Assembly: GCA_964016885.1 (NCBI GenBank)
Contig: OZ024740.1
Span: forward strand, 440,200,001-440,264,000
Origin: Eledone cirrhosa
Lineage: Eukaryota
Direction of reading: 5' to 3'
Length of the DNA stretch: 64,000 bases
Below are positions 45,001-58,048 of the stretch, piece after piece; the stretch's first letter is position 1, and every line of letters begins with the position of its first letter. The position numbers and the translations under genes are program-made. Under the pieces are notes generated by a model. The model was not told the origin of the DNA. It searched no databases and saw only the letters and a list, made by a program, of their open reading frames with translations.

Positions 45001-48000
45001 ATTATATGTAATATAGGATGGGGTTCATTTGAGTGATTATATGTAATATAGACTGGGGTTAATTTCAGTGATTATATGTAATATATGCTGGGGTTAATTT
45101 CAGTAATTATATGTAATATAGAATGGGGTTAATTTCAGTGATTATATGTAATATAGAATGGGGTTAATTTCAGTGATTATATGTCATATAGCCTAGATTT
45201 AATTTCAGTGATTATATGTAATATAGACTGGGGTTAATTTCAGTGATTATATGTAATATATGCTGAGGTTAATTTCCCGTGATTATATGTAATAAAGGAT
45301 GTGGTTAATTTCAGTGATTATATGTAATATAGGATGGGGTTAATTTCAGTGATTATATGTAATATAGGCTAGGGTTAATTTCAGTGATTATATGTAATAT
45401 AGGATGGGGTTAATTTCAGTGATTATATGTAATATAGGATGGGGTTAATTTCAGTGATTATATGTAATATAGACTAGGGTTAATTTCAGTGATTATATGT
45501 AATATAGGATGGGGTTAATTTCAGTGATTATATGTAATATAGAATGGGGTTAATTTCAGTGATTATATGTAATATAGACTAGGGTTAATTTCAGTGATTA
45601 TATGTAATATAGACCGGGGTTAATTTCAGTGATTATATGTAATATAGGATGTGGTTAATTTCAGTTTTTATATGTAATAATGACTGGGGTTAATTTCAGT
45701 GATTATATGTAATATAGGATGGGATTAATTTCAGTGATTATATGTAATATAGACTGGGGTTAATTTCAGTGATTATATGTAATATAGACTGGGGTCAATT
45801 TCAATGATTATAAGTAATATAGACTGGGGTTATTTTCAGTGATTATATGTAATATAGACTGGGGTTAATTTCAGTGATTATATGTAATATATGCTGGGGT
45901 TAATTTCAGTGATTATATGTAATATAGGATGGGGTTAATTTCAGTGATTATATGTAATATAGATTGGAGTTAATTTCAGTGATTATATGTAATATATGCT
46001 GGGGTTAATTTCAGTGATTATATGTAATATAGGATGGGGTTAATTTCAGTGATTATATGTAATATAGGATGGGGTTAATTTCAGTGATTGTATGTAATAT
46101 AGACTGGGGTTAATTTCAGTGATTTTATGTAATATAGACTAGAGTTAATTTCAGTAATTATATGTAACATAGACTAGGGTTAATTTCAGTGATTATATGT
46201 AATATAGACTGGGATTAATTTCAGTGATTATATGTAATATAGACTGGGGTTAATTTCAGTGATTATATGTAATATATGCTGCGGTTAATTTCAGTGATTA
46301 TATGTAATATAGGATGGGGTTAATTTCAGTGATTATATGTAATATAGACTGGGGTTAATTTCAGTGATTATATGTAATATAGACCGGGGTTAATTTCAGT
46401 GATTATATGTAATATAGGATGGGGTTAATTTCAGTGATTATATGTAATATAGGCTAGGGTTAATTTCAGTGATTATATGTAATATAGGATGGGGTTAATT
46501 TCAGTGATTATATGTAATATAGGATGGGGTTAATTTCAGTGATTATATGTAATATAGACTAGGGTTAATTTCAGTGATTATATGTAATATAGGATGTGGT
46601 TAATTTCAGTGATTATATGTAATATAGAATGGGGTTAATTTCAGTGATTATATGTAATATAGACTAGGGTTAATTTCAGTGATTATATGTAATATAGGAT
46701 GGGATTAATTTCAGTGATTATATGTAATATAGACTGGGGTTAATTTCAGTGATTATATGTAATATAGACTGGGGTCAATTTCAATGATTATAAGTAATAT
46801 AGACTGGGGTTATTTTCAGTGATTATATGTAATATAGACTGGGGTTAATTTCAGTGATTATATGTAATATATGCTGGGGTTAATTTCAGTGATTATATGT
46901 AATATAGGATGGGGTTAATTTCAGTGATTATATGTAATATAGATTGGAGTTAATTTCAGTGATTATATGTAATATATGCTGGGGTTAATTTCAGTGATTA
47001 TATGTAATATAGGATGGGGTTAATTTGAGTGATTATATGTAATATAGACTGGGGTTAATTTCAGTGATTATATGTAACATAGACTGGGGTTAATTTCAAT
47101 GATTATATGTAATATAGACTGGGGTTAATTTCAGTGATTATATGTAATATAGACTGGGGTTAATTTCAGTGATTATATGTAATATATGCTGGGGTTAATT
47201 TCAGTGATTGTATGTAATATAGACTGGGGTTAATTTCAGTGATTTTATCTAATATAGACTAGAGTTAATTTCAGTAATTATATGTAACATAGACTAGGGT
47301 TAATTTCAGTGATTATATGTAATATAGACTGGGGTTAATTTCAATGATTATATATAATATAGGATAGGGTTAATTTCAGTGATTATATTTAATATCGGAT
47401 GGGGTTAATTTCAGTGATTATATGTGATATAGACTAGAGTTAATTTCAGTGATTATATGTAATATAGACTGGGGTAAATTTCAGTGATTATATGTAATAT
47501 AGGATTGGGTTAATTTCAGTGATTATATGTAATATAGACTAGGGTTAATTTCAGTGATTATATGTAATATAGACTGGGGTTAATTTCAGTGAGTATATGT
47601 AATATAGGATGGGGTTAATTTCTGTGATTATATGTAATAAAGACTGGGGTTAATTTCAGTGATTATATGTAATATAGACTGGCGTTAATTTCAGTGATTA
47701 TATGTAATATAGACTGGGGTTAATTTCAATGATTATATGTAATATAGACTGGGGTTAATTTCAGTGATTATATGTAATATAGACTGGGGTTAATTTCAGT
47801 GATTATATGTAATATAGACTGGGTTAATTTCAGTGATTATATGTAATATAGACTGGGTTAATTTCAGTGATTATATGTAATATAGGATGGGGTTAATTTC
47901 AGTGATTATATGTAATATAGACTGGGGTTCATTTCAGTGATTATATTTAATATAGGATGGGGTTAATTTCAGTGATTATATGTAATATAGACTGGGGTAA

Positions 48001-51000
48001 ATTTCAGTGATTATATGTAATATAGACTGGGGTTAATTTCAGTGATTATATGTAATATATGCTGGGGTTAATTTCAGTGATTATATGTAATATAGGATGG
48101 GGTTAATTTCAGTGATTATATGTAATATAGACTGGGGTTAATTTCAGTGATTATATGTAATATAGGATGGGTTTAATTTCAGTGATTATATGTAACATAG
48201 GATGAGGTTAATTTAAGTGATTATATGTAATATAGGATGGGGTTAATTTCAGTGATTATATGTAATATATGCTGGGTTAATTTCTGTGATTATATGTAAT
48301 AGAGGATGGGCTTCACTTCAGTGATTATATCTAATATAGGATGGGGATAATATGAGTGATTATATGTAATATAGGATGGGGTTCATTTGAGTGATTATAT
48401 GTAATATAGACTGGGGTTAATTTCAGTGATTATATGTAATATATGCTGGGGTTAATTTCAGTAATTATATGTAATATAGAATGGGGTTAATTTCAGTGAT
48501 TATATGTAATATAGAATGGGGTTAATTTCAGTGATTATATGTCATATAGCCTAGATTTAATTTCAGTGATTATATGTAATATAGACTGGGGTTAATTTCA
48601 GTGATTATATGTAATATATGCTGAGGTTAATTTCCCGTGATTATATGTAATAAAGGATGTGGTTAATTTCAGTGATTATATGTAATATAGGATGGGGTTA
48701 ATTTCAGTGATTATATGTAATATAGGATGGGGTTAATTCCAGTGATTATATGTAATATAGACTGGGGTTAATTTCAGTGATTATATGTAATATATGCTGA
48801 GGTTAATTTCCGTGATTATATGTAATAAAGGATGTGGTTAATTTCAGTGATTATATGTAATATAGGATGGGGTTAATTTCAGTGATTATATGTCATATAG
48901 CCTAGATTTAATATCAGTGATTATATGTAATATAGACTAGGTTTAATTTCAGTGATTATATGTTATATAGACTGGGATTAATTTCAGTGATTATATGTAA
49001 TATAGACAGGGGTTAATTTCAGTGATTATATGTAATATAGACTGGGGTTAATTTCAGTGATTATATGTAATATAGACTGGGGTTAATTTCAGTGATTATA
49101 TGTAATATAGACTGGGGTTAATTTCACTGATTATATGTAATATAGACTGGGGTTAATTTCAGTGATTATATGTAATATAGACTGGGGTTAATTTCAGTGA
49201 TTATATGTAACATATGCTGGGGTTAATTTCAGTGATTATATGTAATATAGACTGGGATTAATTTCAGTGATTATATGTAATATAGACTGGGGTTAATTTC
49301 AGTGATTATATGTAATATATGCTGCGGTTAATTTCAGTGATTATATGTAATATAGGATGGGGTTAATTTCAGTGATTATATGTAATATAGACTGGGGTTA
49401 ATTTCAGTGATTATATGTAATATAGACCGGGGTTAATTTCAGTGATTATATGTAATATAGGATGGGGTTAATTTCAGTGATTATATGTAATATAGGCTAG
49501 GGTTAATTTCAGTGATTATATGTAATATAGGATGGGGTTAATTTCAGTGATTATATGTAATATAGGATGGGGTTAATTTCAGTGATTATATGTAATATAG
49601 ACTAGGGTTAATTTCAGTGATTATATGTAATATAGGATGGGGTTAATTTCAGTGATTATATGTAATATAGAATGGGGTTAATTTCAGTGATTATATGTAA
49701 TATAGACTAGGGTTAATTTCAGTGATTATATGTAATATAGACCGGGGTTAATTTCAGTGATTATATGTAATATAGGATGTGGTTAATTTCAGTTTTTATA
49801 TGTAATAATGACTGGGGTTAATTTCAGTGATTATATGTAATATAGGATGGGATTAATTTCAGTGATTATATGTAATATAGACTGGGGTTAATTTCAGTGA
49901 TTATATGTAATATAGACTGGGGTCAATTTCAATGATTATAAGTAATATAGACTGGGGTTATTTTCAGTGATTATATGTAATATAGACTGGGGTTAATTTC
50001 AGTGATTATATGTAATATATGCTGGGGTTAATTTCAGTGATTATATGTAATATAGGATGGGGTTAATTTCAGTGATTATATGTAATATAGATTGGAGTTA
50101 ATTTCAGTGATTATATGTAATATATGCTGGGGTTAATTTCAGTGATTATATGTAATATAGGATGGGGTTAATTTCAGTGATTATATGTAATATAGGATGG
50201 GGTTAATTTCAGTGATTGTATGTAATATAGACTGGGGTTAATTTCAGTGATTTTATGTAATATAGACTAGAGTTAATTTCAGTAATTATATGTAACATAG
50301 ACTAGGGTTAATTTCAGTGATTATATGTAATATAGACTGGGATTAATTTCAGTGATTATATGTAATATAGACTGGGGTTAATTTCAGTGATTATATGTAA
50401 TATATGCTGCGGTTAATTTCAGTGATTATATGTAATATAGGATGGGGTTAATTTCAGTGATTATATGTAATATAGACTGGGGTTAATTTCAGTGATTATA
50501 TGTAATATAGACCGGGGTTAATTTCAGTGATTATATGTAATATAGGATGGGGTTAATTTCAGTGATTATATGTAATATAGGCTAGGGTTAATTTCAGTGA
50601 TTATATGTAATATAGGATGGGGTTAATTTCAGTGATTATATGTAATATAGGATGGGGTTAATTTCAGTGATTATATGTAATATAGACTAGGGTTAATTTC
50701 AGTGATTATATGTAATATAGGATGTGGTTAATTTCAGTGATTATATGTAATATAGAATGGGGTTAATTTCAGTGATTATATGTAATATAGACTAGGGTTA
50801 ATTTCAGTGATTATATGTAATATAGGATGGGATTAATTTCAGTGATTATATGTAATATAGACTGGGGTTAATTTCAGTGATTATATGTAATATAGACTGG
50901 GGTCAATTTCAATGATTATAAGTAATATAGACTGGGGTTATTTTCAGTGATTATATGTAATATAGACTGGGGTTAATTTCAGTGATTATATGTAATATAT

Positions 51001-54000
51001 GCTGGGGTTAATTTCAGTGATTATATGTAATATAGGATGGGGTTAATTTCAGTGATTATATGTAATATAGATTGGAGTTAATTTCAGTGATTATATGTAA
51101 TATATGCTGGGGTTAATTTCAGTGATTATATGTAATATAGGATGGGGTTAATTTGAGTGATTATATGTAATATAGACTGGGGTTAATTTCAGTGATTATA
51201 TGTAACATAGACTGGGGTTAATTTCAATGATTATATGTAATATAGACTGGGGTTAATTTCAGTGATTATATGTAATATAGACTGGGGTTAATTTCAGTGA
51301 TTATATGTAATATATGCTGGGGTTAATTTCAGTGATTGTATGTAATATAGACTGGGGTTAATTTCAGTGATTTTATCTAATATAGACTAGAGTTAATTTC
51401 AGTAATTATATGTAACATAGACTAGGGTTAATTTCAGTGATTATATGTAATATAGACTGGGGTTAATTTCAATGATTATATATAATATAGGATAGGGTTA
51501 ATTTCAGTGATTATATTTAATATCGGATGGGGTTAATTTCAGTGATTATATGTGATATAGACTAGAGTTAATTTCAGTGATTATATGTAATATAGACTGG
51601 GGTAAATTTCAGTGATTATATGTAATATAGGATTGGGTTAATTTCAGTGATTATATGTAATATAGACTAGGGTTAATTTCAGTGATTATATGTAATATAG
51701 ACTGGGGTTAATTTCAGTGAGTATATGTAATATAGGATGGGGTTAATTTCTGTGATTATATGTAATAAAGACTGGGGTTAATTTCAGTGATTATATGTAA
51801 TATAGACTGGCGTTAATTTCAGTGATTATATGTAATATAGACTGGGGTTAATTTCAATGATTATATGTAATATAGACTGGGGTTAATTTCAGTGATTACA
51901 TGTAATATAGACTGGGGTTAATTTCAGTGATTATATGTAATATAGACTGGGTTAATTTCAGTGATTATATGTAATATAGACTGGGTTAATTTCAGTGATT
52001 ATATGTAATATAGGATGGGGTTAATTTCAGTGATTATATGTAATATAGACTGGGGTTCATTTCAGTGATTATATTTAATATAGGATGGGGTTAATTTCAG
52101 TGATTATATGTAATATAGACTGGGGTAAATTTCAGTGATTATATGTAATATAGACTGGGGTTAATTTCAGTGATTATATGTAATATATGCTGGGGTTAAT
52201 TTCAGTGATTATATGTAATATAGGATGGGGTTAATTTCAGTGATTATATGTAATATAGACTGGGGTTAATTTCAGTGATTATATGTAATATAGGATGGGT
52301 TTAATTTCAGTGATTATATGTAACATAGGATGAGGTTAATTTAAGTGATTATATGTAATATAGGATGGGGTTAATTTCAGTGATTATATGTAATATATGC
52401 TGGGTTAATTTCTGTGATTATATGTAATAGAGGATGGGCTTCATTTCAGTGATTATATCTAATATAGGATGGGGATAATATGAGTGATTATATGTAATAT
52501 AGGATGGGGTTCATTTGAGTGATTATATGTAATATAGACTGGGGTTAATTTCAGTGATTATATGTAATATATGCTGGGATTAATTTCAGTAATTATATGT
52601 AATATAGAATGGGGTTAATTTCAGTGATTATATGTAATATAGAATGGGGTTAATTTCAGTGATTATATGTCATATAGCCTAGATTTAATTTCAGTGATTA
52701 TATGTAATATAGACTGGGGTTAATTTCAGTGATTATATGTAATATATGCTGAGGTTAATTTCCCGTGATTATATGTAATAAAGGATGTGGTTAATTTCAG
52801 TGATTATATGTAATATAGGATGGGGTTAATTTCAGTGATTATATGTAATATAGGATGGGGTTAATTCCAGTGATTATATGTAATATAGACTGGGGTTAAT
52901 TTCAGTGATTATATGTAATATATGCTGAGGTTAATTTCCGTGATTATATGTAATAAAGGATGTGGTTAATTTCAGTGATTATATGTAATATAGGATGGGG
53001 TTAATTTCAGTGATTATATGTCATATAGCCTAGATTTAATATCAGTGATTATATGTAATATAGACTAGGTTTAATTTCAGTGATTATATGTTATATAGAC
53101 TGGGATTAATTTCAGTGATTATATGTAATATAGACAGGGGTTAATTTCAGTGATTATATGTAATATAGACTGGGGTTAATTTCAGTGATTATATGTAATA
53201 TAGACTGGGGTTAATTTCAGTGATTATATGTAATATAGACTGGGGTTAATTTCACTGATTATATGTAATATAGACTGGGGTTAATTTCAGTGATTATATG
53301 TAATATAGACTGGGGTTAATTTCAGTGATTATATGTAACATATGCTGGGGTTAATTTCAGTGATTATATGTAATATAGACTGGGATTAATTTCAGTGATT
53401 ATATGTAATATAGACTGGGGTTAATTTCAGTGATTATATGTAATATATGCTGCGGTTAATTTCAGTGATTATATGTAATATAGGATGGGGTTAATTTCAG
53501 TGATTATATGTAATATAGACTGGGGTTAATTTCAGTGATTATATGTAATATAGACCGGGGTTAATTTCAGTGATTATATGTAATATAGGATGGGGTTAAT
53601 TTCAGTGATTATATGTAATATAGGCTAGGGTTAATTTCAGTGATTATATGTAATATAGGATGGGGTTAATTTCAGTGATTATATGTAATATAGGATGGGG
53701 TTAATTTCAGTGATTATATGTAATATAGACTAGGGTTAATTTCAGTGATTATATGTAATATAGGATGGGGTTAATTTCAGTGATTATATGTAATATAGAA
53801 TGGGGTTAATTTCAGTGATTATATGTAATATAGACTAGGGTTAATTTCAGTGATTATATGTAATATAGACCGGGGTTAATTTCAGTGATTATATGTAATA
53901 TAGGATGTGGTTAATTTCAGTTTTTATATGTAATAATGACTGGGGTTAATTTCAGTGATTATATGTAATATAGGATGGGATTAATTTCAGTGATTATATG

Positions 54001-57000
54001 TAATATAGACTGGGGTTAATTTCAGTGATTATATGTAATATAGACTGGGGTCAATTTCAATGATTATAAGTAATATAGACTGGGGTTATTTTCAGTGATT
54101 ATATGTAATATAGACTGGGGTTAATTTCAGTGATTATATGTAATATATGCTGGGGTTAATTTCAGTGATTATATGTAATATAGGATGGGGTTAATTTCAG
54201 TGATTATATGTAATATAGATTGGAGTTAATTTCAGTGATTATATGTAATATATGCTGGGGTTAATTTCAGTGATTATATGTAATATAGGATGGGGTTAAT
54301 TTGAGTGATTATATGTAATATAGACTGGGGTTAATTTCAGTGATTATATGTAACATAGACTGGGGTTAATTTCAATGATTATATGTAATATAGACTGGGG
54401 TTAAGTTCAGTGATTATATGTAATATAGACTGGGGTTAATTTCAGTGATTATATGTAATATAGGATGGGGTTAATTTCAGTGATTATATGTAATATAGGA
54501 TGGGGTTAATTTCAGTGATTGTATGTAATATAGACTGGGGTTAATTTCAGTGATTTTATGTAATATAGACTAGAGTTAATTTCAGTAATTATATGTAACA
54601 TAGACTAGGGTTAATTTCAGTGATTATATGTAATATAGACTGGGGTTAATTTCAATGATTATATATAATATAGGATAGGGTTAATTTCAGTGATTATATT
54701 TAATATCGGATGGGGTTAATTTCAGTGATTATATGTGATATAGACTAGAGTTAATTTCAGTGATTATATGTAATATAGACTGGGGTAAATTTCAGTGATT
54801 ATATGTAATATAGGATGGGGTTAATTTCAGTGATTATATGTAATATAGACTAGAGTTAATTTCAGTGATTATATGTAATATAGACTGGGGTTAATTTCAG
54901 TGAGTATATGTAATATAGGATGGGGTTAATTTCTGTGATTATATGTAATAAAGACTGGGGTTAATTTCAGTGATTATATGTAATATAGACTGGCGTTATT
55001 TTCAGTGATTATATGTAATATAGACTGGGGTTAATTTCAATGATTATATGTAATATAGACTGGGGTTAATTTCAGTTATTATATGTAATATAGACTGAGG
55101 TTAATTTCAGTGATTATATGTAATATATGCTGGGGTTAATTTCAGTGATTATATGTAATATAGGATGGGGTTAATTTCAGTGATTATATGTAATATAGGA
55201 TGGGGTTAATTTCAGTGATTATATGTAATATAGACTGGGCTTAATTTCAGTGATGATATGTAATATAGACTAGAGTTAATTTCAGTGATTATATGTAATA
55301 TAGACTAGGGTTAATTTCAGTGATTATATGTAATATAGACTGGGGTTAATTTCAATGATTATATATAATATAGGATAGGGTTAATTTCAGTGATTATATT
55401 TAATATCGGATGGGGTTAATTTCAGTGATTATATGTAATATAGGATGGGGTTAATTTCAGTGATTATATGTAATATAGACTGGGTTTAATTTCAGTGATT
55501 ATATGTAATATATAGTGGGGTTAATTTCAGTGATTATATGTAATATAGACTGGGGTTAATTTCAGTGATTATATGTAATATAGGATGGGGTTAATTTCAG
55601 TGATTATATTTAATATAGGTTGGGGTTAATTTCAGTGATTATATGTAATATAGGATGGGGTTAATTTCAGTGATTATATTTAATATAGGTTGGGGTTAAT
55701 TTCAGTGATTATATGTAATATAGGATGGGGTTAATTTCAGTGATTATATTTAATATAGGTTGGGGTTAATTTCAGTGATTATATGTAATATAGGATGGGG
55801 TTAATTTCAGTGATTATATGTAATATAGGATGGGGTTAATTTCAGTGATTATATGTAATGTAGCCTAGGTTTAATTTCAGGGATTATATGTAATATATAC
55901 TGGGGTTAATTTCAGTGATTATATGTAATATAGACTGGGGTTAATTTCAGTGATTATATGTAATATAGGATGGGGTTAATTTCAGTGATTATATGTAATA
56001 TAGGATGGGGTTAATTTCAGTGATTATATGTAATGTAGCCTAGGTTTAATTTCAGTGATTATATGTAATATAGATGGGGTTAATTTCAGTGATTATATGT
56101 AATATAGACTGGGGTTAATTTCAATGATTATATATAATATAGGATGGGGTTAATTTCTGGGATTATATGTAATATAGACTAGGGTTAATTTCAGTGATTA
56201 TATGTAATATAGACTGGGGTTAATTTCAGTGATTATATGTAATATAGACTGGGTTAATTTCAGTGATTATATGTAATATAGGATGGGGTTAATTTCAGTG
56301 ATTATATGTAATATAGACTGGGGTTAATTTCAGTGATTATATTTAATATAGGATGGGGTTAATTTCAGTGATTATATGTAATATAGACTGGGGTAAATTT
56401 CAGTGATTATATGTAATATAGACTGGGGTTAATTTCAGTGATTATATGTAATATATGCTGGGGTTAATTTCAGTGATTATATGTAATATAGGATGGGGTT
56501 AATTTCAGTGATTATATGTAATATAGACTGGGGTTAATTTCAGTGATTATATGTAATATAGGATGGGTTTAATTTCAGTGATTATATGTAACATAGGATG
56601 AGGTTAATTTAAGTGATTATATGTAATATAGGATGGGGTTAATTTCAGTGATTATATGTAATATATGCTGGGTTAATTTCTGTGATTATATGTAATAGAG
56701 GATGGGCTTCATTTCAGTGATTATATCTAATATAGGATGGGGATAATATGAGTGATTATATGTAATATAGGATGGGGTTCATTTGAGTGATTATATGTAA
56801 TATAGACTGGGGTTAATTTCAGTGATTATATGTAATATATGCTGGGGTTAATTTCAGTGATTATATGTAATATAGAATGGGGTTAATTTCAGTGATTATA
56901 TGTAATATAGAATGGGGTTAATTTCAGTGATTATATGTCATATAGTCTAGATTTAATTTCAGTGATTATATGTAATATAGACTGGGGTTAATTTCAGTGA

Positions 57001-57597
57001 TTATATGTAATATATGCTGAGGTTAATTTCCCGTGATTATATGTAATAAAGGATGTGGTTAATTTCAGTGATTATATGTAATATAGGATGGGGTTAATTT
57101 CAGTGATTATATGTAATATTGGATGGGGCTAATTCCAGTGATTATATGTAATATAGACTGGGGTTAATTTCAGTGATTATATGTAATATATGCTGAGGTT
57201 AATTTACGTGATTATATGTAATAAAGGATGTGGTTAATTTCAGTGATTATATGTAATATAGGATGGGGTCAATTTCAGTGATTATATGTCATATAGCCTA
57301 GATTTAATATCAGTGATTATATGTAATATAGACTAGGTTTAATTTCAGTGATTATATGTTATATAGACTGGGGTTAATTTCAGTGATTATATGTAATATA
57401 GACTGGGGTTAATTTCAGTGATTATATGTAATATAGACTGGGGTTAATTTCAGTGATTATATGTAATATAGACTGGGGTTAATTTCAGTGATTATATGTA
57501 ATATAGACTGGGGTTAATTTCAGTGATTATATGTAATATAGACTGGGGTTAATTTCACTGATTATATGTAATATAGACTGGGGTTATTTTCAGTGAT
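1..57597. repeat. 35-bp satellite DNA array, consensus TTAATTTCAGTGATTATATGTAATATA-G(GA/AC)T-GGGG, about 1,645 head-to-tail copies, continues beyond the left edge
   Basis: TTCAGTGATT recurs at 71 and 106 and onward with period 35. There are two dominant monomer types (..ATATAGGATGGGG and ..ATATAGACTGGGG) and occasional 34- or 36-bp units. Consensus is about 29% GC, G-rich on the + strand, with no CpG. No inversion or foreign insert seen before 57,598, and the ORF track is empty here. Confidence 0.99.
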
Positions 57598-57826
57598 TGT
57601 ATTAGTTATAGATGTTATCGAGATACGAGTGACATAATAATTATTTCAACAGCAGAAATTAGAGATAAAATATACGTTTATTTTTTGATGTAGCACAAAC
57701 AATGGTGTTGTACAGAGGCTGGTTTCTGGCGTGTGATCAGTCGGCTTTCCAGTGGCTGTCTGTCTTTTCTTTCTGGCGTTCTCAACCGGCGTTGTTCTAT
57801 CAAGGAGCGTGAGGCGTCTTACTACA
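57598..57826 (-). repeat. 3' LTR (left copy); outer U5 end altered or truncated
   Basis: 57,600-57,826 matches 62,074-62,300 over 227 bp with two substitutions (57,667 A vs 62,141 G; 57,681 T vs 62,155 A). It starts TGTAGTAAG on the minus strand at 57,826. The outer boundary is ambiguous (57,598 or 57,600). Confidence 0.95.
57677..57682 (-). terminator. Putative polyadenylation signal AATAAA in the 3' LTR
   Basis: + strand TTTATT reads AATAAA on the element strand, about 80 nt before the LTR end. The equivalent site in the 5' LTR (62,151-62,156) reads ATTAAA. Confidence 0.55.
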
Positions 57827-58048
57827 GTACCTCGAGCCAGATTTTCAAATTATCGAAAATCGATGTCATTACTCACATGTGGAGTAAGATGGCGAACAAT
57901 GCAACAAGGGGGAGCTATCCGCTCTAGCAAAAATTGTATCCAGAATAAGGATTTGAAAAATGTTAAAAAAAAACATGCATGCATAAAAAAACAAGGCAAA
58001 GGAAAAGCAGAAACACAGAGGCCAAAAAAAAGATGCAGCTAACATAGT

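Noticed and set aside
1-57597. CRISPR-like look (constant part plus variable part)
   Set aside because: The variable part is only about 8 nt and is reused from a small vocabulary. There are no unique spacers, leader or cas genes, and the context is eukaryotic.
1-57597. Telomere-like words (TAGGGTTA, GGGGTT) and G-quadruplex potential
   Set aside because: There is only one such word per 35 bp and never a tandem telomeric run. G4 tracts are separated by about 31-nt loops, so neither telomere identity nor a stable G4 is supported.
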